64,000 nt of DNA, taken from positions 39,556,001-39,620,000 of the forward strand of contig NW_027361684.1 of the NCBI RefSeq assembly GCF_039654945.1. The letters run 5' to 3'. Below are positions 38,297-50,370 of the stretch, piece after piece; positions within the stretch are counted from its first letter, which is position 1; every line of letters begins with the position of its first letter. The translations under genes were made by a program, and so were the position numbers. Source of the DNA: Dendrobates tinctorius (lineage: Eukaryota). The notes under the pieces were generated by a model. That model ran no database searches, was not told the DNA's origin, and worked only from the letters and a program-made list of their open reading frames with translations.

Positions 38297-40478
38297 GTGA
38301 TCACATTTTCTGGGGGAAACACTGTCCCCTTGAGAATTCTTCACTTTGTTCCTGTCCCCTTCCACCTAGACTCCCTTTACCTTGTAACAGTCCCTTATAT
38401 GTTACTTCTTGATGCACAAGAGTCTTAAGTTTTTGGGCACTGGATTGGGGAATTCTTTTAATCTGAGGCTTTATCCAGAATCTCATCCAAGGATGACCCA
38501 AAGAGAGAGTCATCCTCAAAGAAAATGCCACAGAGCCTAGACTTAGAGCGGATGTCCCCAGTACAAATCTTCAGTCAAAGAGCCTTTGTGGCTGAATTCA
38601 AGAAGGCACATGTGTCAATCGGACTGCATCTGCAGAAGCCTTCGCAAGGAAATAGCTACCTTTGCCATGTTTGGAAGACTGACTAGTAACTGATCTCTTG
38701 GGCATTTACCGTGCTGTGCAAATTAATTGGGACAAAGCATTTTTTTTTTTTTTAAGTAAAACCGTAAGTTGGTTACCAGTCAGTGATTCAAACCAGTTTT
38801 AACTACTTTGAACAGGTGTGAGTGCCTGTTCAAAGCAGTTAAAACTGGTTTGTATCACTGACTGGTAACCAACTTACCATTTTACTTAAAAAAAAAAAAA
38901 TGCTTTGTCCCAATTAATTTGCACAGCACTGTATTTCTAATTTGTGCATCCAGTTGGATAAGCCATGAACGTAGCTACTATATTAGGTTTAAAGGCTGCT
39001 GCCCCAGATTCCCATGCTTCCTTCAGAAAGCTTTTCTGCCTATCATTTGCATCTTTTAGAAGGCCAAAGTCAAAGGGTAGTGCTGTATTACGGGACAACT
39101 TGTATACTGCCACATCTATTTTGGGCACTTTGTCACAAATTTCTGAATCCTCTACTTCTAATGGGTGCTTCCTTAATTTTTGGGGGATGAAAGCTCTCCT
39201 GCTGTCTGGCTTTTTCCATTCCTTTTTAGTCAGCGACGTTGTGTTTTTGTGGACGGGGAACCATTTGTTTCCTAACCTCTAATCCCCCAAACATGAAGTC
39301 CTGGCATGGATTTTGGCTCTTTAATGTCTTCTACATTCATCATTGCCCTAACTGCCTTCTCTAGTATGCTTGTATCCTCTGCCGGAAAACAAGATTGATT
39401 TCTGACGCTATCAGAAGATGATGATGAGGCATCTGAATAGTAACCACCTTGTTCTCCATCTTCTATTTCCCCTGAATTAGAGTTTACCCATCTATCTTGA
39501 TGATGTGCTGACTTCCATTCCCTTTAAAGATTTTTTTTAAAACTTCAACCCTGATCATGATTCTCATTTTCCGTCTGGGATGGGGATTCGTCTTGTAGGT
39601 GTCTTTCAACGCACATCTTTTTAGTGTAAGTGGCTGCTAATTTGCACTTTTGCATAATGCACATTCCTTGTGCTTTGACTGAGCTTTCCTAGGCCTCTCC
39701 TATAAAACATACGTATAAATAAACAAATACAGGTATTTAGGATCATTTACACAGGGATCAACCCTGACTCACCCCACCTGACGCTGGACTACCGAAGTCG
39801 GAGGGGTTGCTTCCGCAGCTTCTCCAGGCTCATTATCCTCCATCTGGAATCCCTTTTGCAACATGGTCCTGTGTGTGTGGGTTATCCCCTTCAAATCTCC
39901 TCCTTTCCGTTTGTGCCCAGATAGTCAGGGGTGGGCTGGGAATGCGTCCTACCCTGCCACTGCCTGGTGAGACACACTGTGCCATACTAGTTTGTGCCCT
40001 TGGAAATGATGTCATTAGCTATGCCAGCTCTCAGGGATACAGCAATGCACCATGCCAGGTCCTGTCCCCGGAAATGACGTCATTAGTTAAGCTGACTCCC
40101 AGGCATGCACTGCACCCCAACAGGCTCCTGCTAGTAACGCCCTTGTCTTCTTTGGCCTACTCACGCACCACCAGGACCAGGGTTATCTGTCTGAAAAAAT
40201 GACGACTGATGTTGGGACTGCAGCCCCCGTTAAGCTTTTTTTTTTTTCTCCCTGGCAGTATTGGGAACTGTAGGGTCTCCCCTAAAGGCTATATGCACTT
40301 GCATTTTTTTTTCCCATCCCCACAACAGCACCATGGAGAAAGCGAAGATCTGCCCCCAAGGACAGGAAACCCCACTGCTTTAAAAGGCAGAGCCCTCTGG
40401 TATGCTTCAGTGGTTTCCTGTCCTTGGGGGCAGATCTTCTCTTTCTCCATGGTGCTGTCGTGGGGATGGGAAAAAAAA
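37580..40478 (-). mobile_element. DIRS1-like retrotransposon 5' part, decayed (gag and partial RT)
   Basis: HLQFQVLPFGLS, FIPYEDNFLV (YLDD-derived), gag PKIDVAVYKLSRNTALPFD, CALC; LTR-like end ...ggggatgggaaaa. Confidence 0.8.
38709..38931. mobile_element. Tc1/mariner-derived hairpin MITE nested in DIRS
   Basis: ta|ccgtgctgtgcaaatt...aatttgcacagcactg|ta; near-perfect palindrome with TA TSD. Confidence 0.85.
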
Positions 40479-40640
40479 GTGCAAGTGCATATAGCCTTTA
40501 GGAATGGTTCTAATTTTAAAACCAATTAAAGCATTGACTAGTAGACCATTATTGGGTAAATTATAGCATAATCTTAACACTTTAGTTGCATACTAAGACT
40601 GGATTTTATATTAGATTTTCCCATTGTCTTTGGTTAACAG

Positions 40641-40850
40641 GCAATTAAGCCAAATGTAAAAATCTACGCGGCAGAACCTCTTAATGCCGACGACTGCTAC
40701 CGCTCAAAGACAAGTGGTATTTTGACTGCTAATCTTCAGCCTCCAATCACAATAGCTGATGGTGTGAAAACAAGCATTGGACCCAACACCTGGCCTATCA
40801 TACGGGACCTCGTGGATGAGGTGTTTGTGGTCACTGAAGATGAAATCAAG
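40641..40850 (+). CDS. srr: Serine racemase coding exon
   Basis: aacag|AIKPNVKIYAAEPLNADDCY...TIADGVKTSIG...EDEIK|gtaaca. Confidence 0.95.
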
Positions 40851-41071
40851 GTAACAAGTAGTAATTAATTTCCAGTAAACTCATTTTAGAATTGTATATA
40901 GGAGGCATCACTACTGGTGGCAGATCAGTTTTGAAAGAGTTGTAAACACCAGATATCGTTTTTTTAAATCTGTCTTGTACCATTTATGGTAAATCTCCTG
41001 GAAATGTGACACCAAATTTTCATACCATTCCCTTTATAAATAGGTGTCTTGTACATGGTCTAATTACATTT

Positions 41072-44000
41072 TTTTTAATCAGATACATTTTTATTAAATG
41101 ATAACAAGTATATTATATGACATCAAGCAGTTGTTCACATATAATCATAAATTTTTATTAACAAAACTCCCCCCCATCCCCCCCCCCCTCCGAGACCCCT
41201 TCAGTGTCTTCCTCATTTCTATTCCGATACTCTTTCCCACCTCCATATATACTTGTTTATTATGAACATCATCTATATCATAATACCTCCTCCCCACTAA
41301 TCTAACTCCATTCTACCCATGGCTGCCATATCTTATGAAATACATCGAGTTTATTTCTCTTAGTATAAATACTTTTCTCCAATGAAATTATATGCTCCAC
41401 TTGCGTAAGAAAGTCTCGTCTAGTCGGAGGCTCTTCTCTGATCCAGAACCGAGCGATCAACTTCCTTGCTATGAACAACAGTCTAGCAATCGCCAGTTTG
41501 ACCATGGATACTGCTACTAATTCCTCTACATACCCTAATATACAGACCAAAGGGTCTCTGGGGACTGCACAACTATATATCAATTCAACCCGACTCAATA
41601 CGACTGTCCAGTACGTAGACAATCTAGGGCAATGCCACAGCATGTGTAGCATGTCTGCCCGTTCCTGCGAACATCGTGGACACTCTGAATCGGACCTCAA
41701 ACCCATCTTGAACAGTCTATCAGGAGTTCTGTAAGCTCTATGAATTACGTATAACTGAGACATCCTCCCAGGTTCGCTCATAGAAATCTTAGGCACATAT
41801 TCTAAAATAGATTCCCATCTATCGTCATTTATCTCTCCCAATTCAACCTCACATTTCACTCTAGACTTGATGGGATGTTTGACTAGAAAAGTGAATAAAT
41901 CTCTATACACTTCTGAGATTGCCCCCCTTGTCACGCTGTTCTCCAAAATGTAGGCCAGCGTGATATCAAACTGGATCTCAATAAGTTTTCTCCGACATTG
42001 CGACCGATACGCATGCTGAATTCTTTTATAATGAAACAAATTTGAATGCGGTAACTGGAATTCTGTCTGCAGCTCCATAAATGACTTAAGTCTTCCCTGA
42101 CCCATTAGCTGTCCCATCCTTCTGATTCCTGCCTCTCTCCAGGGCCCAAATCCTTCCATTTGCCCGAATTCTGGCAAATTTATATTATCCCATACAGGAG
42201 AGTATTTGGTAAAGCCCGTGACACCCCTTATCTGTTTAACTTTTTCCCATACCTTATGAATAGGAGAACAGTAGGAAACCCGAGAGCCTAATTTTAAAAA
42301 CTGCCCCCCTTCTAAACTCTCTCCCAGAGGCCATTTTCCAAACAAATATCTCAAACTACTGGGCGATTGTCCCTGTCCCGTCTCCACCCCCCATCCTCCG
42401 ATATGCTGGCATTGTGCTGATAAAAAATATACCCAGGGGTTGGGAAGCGCCAAACCTCCTTCCTCCTTCGGCCTCTGCAAAGTTTCTTGTTTAAACCGTG
42501 GGCTTTCCCCCCCCCATATTAGTTCACCAAACAGCGATTTAATTTTGTGGAACCTACTCTGCGAGATCCAAATTGGAGAATTATGCAGTACATATAACAG
42601 CTGTGGCATCACAATCATTTTTAGAAGGTTCACCCTTCCAATTACCGAAAGATGTAATTTATTCCATGCTGATATTTTGGAACGAATTTTTTGTAGCAAA
42701 GGGCTTAGATTAAGTTCTTCAAACCTAGTCAAAGGAAGGGCGATTTGTATCCCCAAATATTTAAATTTCAAAACTACCTTCAATTTTGCAGACCTTTCCA
42801 CCTCCCCCATATCCCCATCTACCTCATCAATGGGCATTATGCACGATTTGTCCCAATTGATTTTGAGTCCGGAAAATTCCCCGAATTCCTCAATTAATGC
42901 CACTGCGTTATCCAAATTCTCCCCTGAGTCCTCCAAAAATAACAAAATATCGTCGGCATACAAAGACACCCTCTCCTCCTTCACTCCATAGACAAATCAT
43001 TTTATCTCTTGTGCATCCCTTATTTTAGTGGCCAGAGGTTCCACGGCGAGGGCAAACAGCAACGGAGACAACGGGCATCCCTGCCTCGTACCCCTATGTA
43101 ATGAGAAACTATCAGATAATTAATTATTCACTCTAATTTTTGCCTTTGGAGAGGAGTATAGCAACCCCACCCACGATATAAACTTGGGCCCAAACCCAAG
43201 GCCCATCAAAACCGACCATAAGTACTTCCATTCTACACAATCAAAGGCCTTATGGGCATCCAAAGACACTACTACTCTCTTTCCAGCATTTTCGGCTGGA
43301 ATTTGCATATTTAAATATAGCCTCCTTAAATTGATTGCTGTAGATTTATTGGGCATAAATCCCGATTGATCTGGGTGGATTACTTTATCAATCACGTGGG
43401 TCAGTCTGTTGGCCAAATCTTTCGCCAGAATCTTTACATCTGCCGTAAGGAGTGAAATTGGTCTGTAGGACTCCGGATTCAATGGGTCCTTATCAGCTTT
43501 AGGAATGACCACCACAATGGCCTCTCTCATAGATGTAGGTAACATTCCCCTCTCCAACGACTCATTAAATACCTTCTCCAATTTTGTTATTACTTCTTCA
43601 TTAAAAATTTTATACACCTCTGCCGGAATGCCGTCCGCCCCCGGGGCCTTATTTCCCGCCATGTCCGCCAGTGCCACCCTCAACTCCTCCGTTGCAAGCG
43701 GCCTATCCATCCATTCTCTGTCTTCATCCCCTAGTCTAGGAAGCTTAATCGCCCTCAGATACCTGTCCATCTCCTCTTGACCTTTATGTATCTTTGAGGA
43801 GTATAGCTCACTATAAAATTGTTTAAATACATCCAAAATTTGATCCCCCTTTGTAACCACATTACCTTCCTTAGATTTAATTGCATACACATGTGAGGAT
43901 TCCCGTTGTGCCGAAGCTATCACAGAGAGCAGGTGCCCCACTTTTTCACCCTCCGCATAGAATGCCTCGTTCTGAAATGCCCGCCGTCTCTCCGCCTTAC

Positions 44001-46694
44001 GGATGTGAAGTTTATTAACTTCCGACTGGGCCGCTCTCATGCGGGTCTGCGTAGCTTTAGTACACTGCGCACCCAATGCTTCCTTCGCCGCCCTTAATTC
44101 CTCCATCACTGCTTCATCTAGATTTTGAGACCTAGTCTTATATCGAGACACTTCTCTGAATAAAATCCCTCTCAAAAACGCTTTCATAGTATCCCAGACT
44201 ACATGACCCTCTGCACTACCTTCGTTAATCCTAAAGAATTCTCCCAGTTCCTCTCCTATCTTTCCCATATCCAGCAACCGTAGCCAAAAGGGATGAATTT
44301 TCCAACCCATACCTGTCAACCTCCCCCGTTCTCCCAATTGTAGAGATATCACCAGTGGACAATGATCCGATAGGACTCTGGGCAAATATTCCACTTCCTG
44401 TACCAAGTTATCCATCCCCTCATTTCCCAAAGCCACATCAATGCGAGATAGGGAGCAATACGTCACCGAGTAGCACGAGTAAGTGTAGTTCTCCATATTC
44501 CGAACTCTCCACAAGTCTATCCAACCAATTTCCCTCATGTAATTTCCAAAAGGTGTCACGTTCCCTCCCTCTCTGCTCCCCGCATGTTTACCCTTATCCC
44601 AATGATCATTTGCAATATTATTCACATCACCTATTACAAGCAACGGGACCCCAGTCCATTTCCCGGATAAGTCCAGAATTTCCTGTATCTTCTTTCCAGA
44701 AAATGGTGGAGGGATATACAAAGACACAATACATAAGTCTATTCAATATCTTACATACAATAAACACATATTGCCCATCCTTGTCTATTATAGCCTCCAC
44801 TTCTTCATATGGAGTAGAAGTATGGATCAACACCGACACTCCCCTAGCATAGGCTGAGTACGTCGAGTGATAAGCCTTCCTCACCCACCTTTTTTGTAAC
44901 ATAGCTTCTTTGTCTTTTACCAGATGTGTTTCTTGGAGGCAAATCACTGAGGGCCTCAGCTTCAGCAGATATTGTAAAATTGCGGCCCGTTTTGAGACGT
45001 TAGCGAGACCGCTAACGTTCCAGCTTAAAATTTTAATTCTACCCCCCATGATATGTTGCAATACCAAACATTTGACACATTATATCTGAAGTCTCGGTCC
45101 TCCCCCCCACCCCACCCTTTCCCGCCTCTACCCCCTGTCTCAACCTTCCAACTGAAATAACTCATCCTTCTCCCCCACCCGAAAAAACCAGCTATCTCCC
45201 ACAACATTTAAGCCGAAAAGAATTCTCTCTCCCTCTCTATTTGAGATCTAGGAGGGCGTTTTTACAGCCTAACAATACAAGCTCTGCACTACAACTACTC
45301 TCCTGTCCACATTTATCAAACTGCAATAATCGTTGCACCGCCGAACACAACCCACATAAACCAACATGGCATTACTTCATCTCAGAGATGACCATTAACT
45401 TGTCAAATTCAAACTAAATCACAGTCACTATTTCAACATCACTCAGAGTGTGCTTCAACGGGACTGTCCCGCTCTAATATTCTTTATGTTAGAGTCAAGC
45501 CAGAGTGTCGCCTCCTCTGGATTTTGAAAAAAGTGTACTCGATCCAAAGCTACAACTCTCAGCTTAGCTGGGTAAATCATTGAATAGCGCACATCCATGT
45601 CTCGTAGTCGTCTTTTAACTTCTCCAAACGTCATCCGGAGCTTCTGAACCGCTGCAGAATAGTCTGGGTAGATGGAGATGCGATTGCCATCTATAGTAAG
45701 TTCCGCACTGGTCCTGGCTTTCCGCAGCAGAGTATCCCGGTCCCGATAGTTCAGAACTTTGGCCAAGATGACTCTTGGGGCTGATCCTGGGGGCAGGGGT
45801 CTAGTGGGCACACGATGTGCTCTTTCAACGGAAAACATTTTAGTGAGACCATCCCCTCCTACAGTATTTTTCAGCCATGACTCAATGTACACAGTGGGGT
45901 TATTTCCTTCCGCTTTTTCTGGTACCCCCACAATCCTCAAAGATTGCTCCTACGGGAGCGGTTCTCCAGATCATCGGTTTTAAATTCCATTTCAGCTATA
46001 CGCTGCACATACTTTTTTCCCTTTTCAACAGATCATTAACCTGGTCTTCAGCGCTCCCCACACGTTCTTCCACCTCCATTCTCTGTTAAACTTTGCGCAC
46101 TGCAGCATTAATTGCAGCCATCTCTCCCTTTAAATCATCCACACGACTGTTCAAAGCCGCAAGGGCAGACTTGTTGTAAATTACCACAGAAAATATATCT
46201 TTGTGCGTCGTCTCTGCTATATCTAATGTGTCCGGCTGTTCAAGCTGGCCAGCGCGTGCAGCCACAACAGGGGATCTCGGTTCCTCCCCACCACTCTGTG
46301 GCTGGCCCCCTCCTTCCTGCTGTTTCCCAGGGATCTGCGTTGTCAGGTCTCTCACCTTCAGCCGCTGACCTCTCATCAGCAGCCTCCTCTGACCTCGCAA
46401 AGCGTTTCAGCCGAGCGATCACCTCCATCTGTCTTTGATATGCCGCACTCGCCCTTGCCGCCATCTTGGGCCTGAGCGCTTCCCGACGCTGCCAGCTCCG
46501 TCTCCTGCGCGTCATCCTCGTGCAGGACTCCTCTCCACCAGACCGTCCTCCACTCACTGCTACTCCCCGGATCTCTGTACACTCCTTGGAGCGATTTCAG
46601 CGTTCGGCGGCGCCTAGGTATCCTTAGTAAGGGAGATTGTGGCAGGAGAGCTCCACTGCACGTCCTCTCACATCGTGCGCTAGGCCACGCCCCC
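41072..46694 (-). mobile_element. Full-length L1 LINE; ORF1 (~45455-46530) and ORF2 (~41302-45050) disrupted
   Basis: APE endonuclease (LSWNVSGL, CLQETH, SRID, LSDH), RT ([13 protein letters not shown]), CCHC knuckle (CPRC..HMLWHC); 15-bp TSD ggtctaattacattt at 41057 and 46695; frameshift near 44730 and stops near 43120 and 42997. Confidence 0.95.
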
Positions 46695-46994
46695 GGTCTA
46701 ATTACATTTAGCGATGCACCAGCGATCCGACCCGGTAAGGATCGCCGGTGCATCGCTAAATGATCGCTAGTGAGCTGTCACACAGGCAGACCTCACAGCG
46801 ATGCAGCAGCAACGCAGCGCACGATACTCCCCTCTCACACACAGCGATCCTGATGTCCTCCCGTCCAAGCGTCGCTCGTCGGCGCCAGCAGGAAGCGGAC
46901 GACGAGAAATGGAGCCGGACAGTCTCGCGCGATCAGCGATGGAGCCAGTCAGAGGTAAGTATCACACATAGCGATATCGCTGTGTAAAACCCCC
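46695..46994. mobile_element. Harbinger-type MITE (related to 62692-63064), interrupted at its terminus by the L1
   Basis: catttagcgatgcacc..ggtgcatcgctaaatg hairpin shared with ~62997-63055; other end tgtgtaaaaccccc|ttaa. Confidence 0.65.
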
Positions 46995-47061
46995 TTAACA
47001 CTCAGCTGTCATTATATTAAAAATTACCAGTAGGAATAACAAAAAAAAAAAAAAAATCTTA

Positions 47062-47834
47062 GGCTATGTGCCCACATTGCAGAAATGCTGCAGAGATGTC
47101 CGCAGCATTTCCACAAGTCCCTGACGCGGGTAAAATGCATGCGGAATTCGCATTCGTTTTGCAAGCGCTTTGAAAGGTGATTGATAGGTTGGTCACACTT
47201 GTCAAGCATAGTGCTTGACAAGTGTGACCAATTTTTTACTACTGATGCCACCTATGCAGCAGCAATAGTAAGAGAGAATGTAAAAAAATAGGGCTATACT
47301 CGTCCTTCTGTCGGCAAGCTCCGTTCCCAGGGATGCATTGCGAGAATCACCTCAGATGACGTAGCGGTCACACGACCGTGACGTCATCTGGGGTGACTCA
47401 TGCAATGCTTCCCTGGGAGCGGAAGATGCTGGCAGCGTGGCGGACAGGCGGGAGAGCTCTGGGGGCCGTCAGAAGGTAAGTATATCCTGATTTTATTTTA
47501 ATTCTATTTTTTTTACAGGATTATGGTACCCAGGGCATGGAGGAGAGTCTCCTCCCTACAGACCCTGGGTACCATCCGCACATGAAGCGCTCACTTTACG
47601 CATGGTTGGCATAGCCACATGCGTAAAGTGGGAGTTCAATGCAGTCCTATGGCGGTGGAATCGCTGCGATTCCGCATAAATAATGAACATGCTGCGGATT
47701 TTACCGCTATACGATTCCGCAGCAGTAAAAGCCCCAGCATGGGCACAACTGCGGAGTCCCATAGGATTGCATGGGATGCGTTTTGATAAGCGTTTTTGCG
47801 CAGCGGTAATGCTAACGAATGTGGGCACACAGCC
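47062..47834. mobile_element. Harbinger-type MITE
   Basis: tta|ggctatgtgcccacatt...aatgtgggcacacagcc|taa. Confidence 0.85.
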
Positions 47835-48196
47835 TAAAATATACAGCTTGGGCTGGCAGCTCAAAGATTCATTTGCTTTGGGAGTCACCAAGGACATATG
47901 CCCACCTATCAGTCATTGAAAGCTTATTCTAAGGATGTGCCATCAAAATCCCAGAAACATTTTTTTAACGTTAGGCCTCATTTCTGGCTATGGCTCTATG
48001 ATACAGCTTGCTGACATGTGAAGACCATTGACATCAAAACATTTCAATAAAACATCACATGATTTTTCTTTAATTTCTGGCACAGAGCAGATGATGACAT
48101 TATTAATATTCACATTTACAGTGGAAAATTGGATGGGTTGCATTATCATTCTCTAGCAGAATCGTTAAAAAGCTGCAGTCTCTGTTCATTTCGCAG

Positions 48197-48394
48197 AATG
48201 CTACTCTGTTAATTTGGGAGAGGATGAAGCTTCTGATCGAGCCGACGGCCGGCCTGGGTCTGGCTGCCGTTCTCTCCAGCAGATTCCAGGAGAAGACAGG
48301 AGGTGCACAAAACATTGGTGTGGTGCTGTGCGGAGGCAACGTAGACCTCAGCAGCATTGACTGGATAAGAGAGTCTTCACCAAGCAGCAGCTGA
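48197..48394 (+). CDS. srr: Serine racemase last coding exon
   Basis: cgcag|NATLLIWERMKLLIEPTAG...VVLCGGNVDLSSIDWIRESSPSSS*. Confidence 0.95.
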   Translation, partial: NATLLIWERMKLLIEPTAGLGLAAVLSSRFQEKTGGAQNIGVVLCGGNVDLSSIDWIRESSPSSS

Positions 48395-48455
48395 AATTCA
48401 GCACTGGAGAATTTCTTTTAAAGGATGACACTAAAATTTCAATTCATACATACAA

Positions 48456-48517
48456 AATAAATAAGGCACCAATCAGAAGAACAGATCAGCTTGTAGGACA
48501 TGGAATAAAGATTTATT
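48456..48517. terminator. Polyadenylation signals between convergent srr and tsr1
   Basis: AATAAA on + at 48456-48461 and 48504-48509; AATAAA on - at 48512-48517 overlapping the tsr1 stop. Confidence 0.55.
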
Positions 48518-48691
48518 CCATCTCCACTTCTGCAGGATCTATCTGAACCTCACTCTTCACCCATGTAACTGGTGGGGGCACATATGGGTCATAAGTCCAT
48601 TTAGGGTAAACGCGCTTGTATAGGTTCATTAATACAGTGTCCTGGGACTTCAGCTGTCCATCAAAATGGCACTTCATGTGCCCATGAGTTC
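48513..48691 (-). CDS. tsr1: TSR1 exon 15
   Basis: [31 protein letters not shown]...EME*. Confidence 0.95.
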
Positions 48692-48798
48692 CTAAAATGT
48701 AGAAGATAATGTATTATGCAGAGTTGTAAACATTTTCTATTAATCTCTAAAAATAAAGTAAATAACTAAAGTTCTCACTAGGTCTAAATTTCATTTAA

Positions 48799-48931
48799 GG
48801 CTAGTTTCACACTAGCGTTTGGCTAAGCTGAGGAGGGCTCAGGACTTCCTCCATGAAGCTCCACCCACTGCCACACCTCCTCCGGTCTGCATACCGCCGC
48901 AGCTCGGCGAAACGCTAGTGTGAAACTAGCC
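48799..48931. mobile_element. Small Harbinger-type MITE
   Basis: taa|ggctagtttcacactagcgttt...aaacgctagtgtgaaactagcc|taa. Confidence 0.85.
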
Positions 48932-49689
48932 TAAAGATAGAAACTGCCTATTGTACCATTCACAATTTACAGTTGTATTCTCACTATTTTTCTTCACGAG
49001 AGCCACCCTCCAGCTTCTCTGAGACTATTTTTACATGTGGCAGGTTTCAGAGCCTCTTTTACTTAAGTTAAAAAGACTGCATGGTGAAGATTGGCAATAA
49101 CTTGTAAATCGCTGGGAGTCTGACCATTGGGACTCGGACCAATTAACAAAGAAAGGAAATTTTTATCCCCATTAAAAAGCTAAGTTTCTATCCTGAAGAG
49201 AAGCAGTCTGGTGCCTTAGATTCTTGGGATTTAAGGGGCAATTTTATCCCTGTTAAAATAAGAGCGGTAGTGAACATGTTCAACCACTGCTGTATTCATT
49301 CAATATGCTCGGCTTATGACAGTGACTCCACAAAGAATAAATCGAGCAGCAGTCAGGCAGATGCACTGCCCTTCTATTCTACCCGGGGTGAAAGCCCCCC
49401 ATTCTGATGTTCAGTGTGGTTCCCAGCAGTCAGACCCTAACTGATCTCTAAGTTATCACCAATCCAGTGGATAGCAGAAGGCATCTTCACCTGGCAACCC
49501 CTTTAAAACCAAAAAGTTATACAATTTTTTTTTTAAACAAAAACATATGCTTTTATACTATTTGAACACCATGGACATCAAAAACTACATTTTTTTATGT
49601 ATAGATATTTTATTAGCCCCAAGAGGTTTTTGACTGAGCAGGTAGGTCTCAGATGTTGTATGGTACAATTCTGCAAGTGAAATACTCAC

Positions 49690-49764
49690 CTAGCGGTTCC
49701 TTGATGTGACCTCTACGACCCCACTTAGTGCGCAGCTCCACTGGTTTAAACCACAACACATCCT
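49690..49764 (-). CDS. tsr1: TSR1 exon 14
   Basis: DVLWFKPVELRTKWGRRGHIKEPL. Confidence 0.95.
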   Translation of the reverse strand, partial: RMCCGLNQWSCALSGVVEVTSRNR

Positions 49765-49866
49765 CTGCAAAGACAATGAAATGGATGAAAACTGTACTCA
49801 AAAGTAATTCATGATGAAGCCCCTTTAGTTTTAGCCTATTCCCATTATCCCCACCATGTTATATAC

Positions 49867-50007
49867 CTCTGTTGAAGAACATGTAGCGCACCACAGCAGT
49901 TTTTTTCATTATTTTAAAAGGGTGACCACTCAGCACCACCCTCTTGATAATGATCCTGTCAGGGTCCACACTTAGGAGGGATCCAGTGGCAATCAGATCA
50001 TGCATCC
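49867..50007 (-). CDS. tsr1: TSR1 exon 13
   Basis: [31 protein letters not shown]...RYMFFNR. Confidence 0.95.
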
Positions 50008-50253
50008 CTACAGAGATAGAAAAAGATCCAGATATTTCATGTAAAAAAAAACAAAAAAAAAACGTACAAGTGTTAGCTTTTGGGGTTTACATCCCTTACC
50101 GATCCACTAATAATTGTGTAGTGTCTTGTTCTCTTTTCAGCTCATTTTATAGTTATGTAGTCAACATCTTTATATTCGTGAAAACCCTAAACCACAACAT
50201 CCGCAGAACAAGGTACGAAATATAAAAATGGCTGCACTGAATAATACACTTAC

Positions 50254-50370
50254 CATTACTGCGCTCTTTAAACATTAATATGGAGGCTGTAGGGAAAGTA
50301 ATGGGGGCATAAGCAGTGACCACAACAGCTGCATCAGAATGCAGAAACCGCTCGGATTTGTGTTTATCAG
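50254..50370 (-). CDS. tsr1: TSR1 exon 12
   Basis: DKHKSERFL...YAPITFPTASILMFK. Confidence 0.95.

Larger units (their letters stand above)
19778..48394 (+). other. srr: srr gene span (serine racemase, 7 canonical coding exons, 993 nt, 330 aa)
   Basis: PLP lysine motif KTGSFKIRGA, THSSGNHGQA, HPNQDP, PVGGGG, AEPLNADD, GGNVDL; all phases consistent. Confidence 0.96.
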
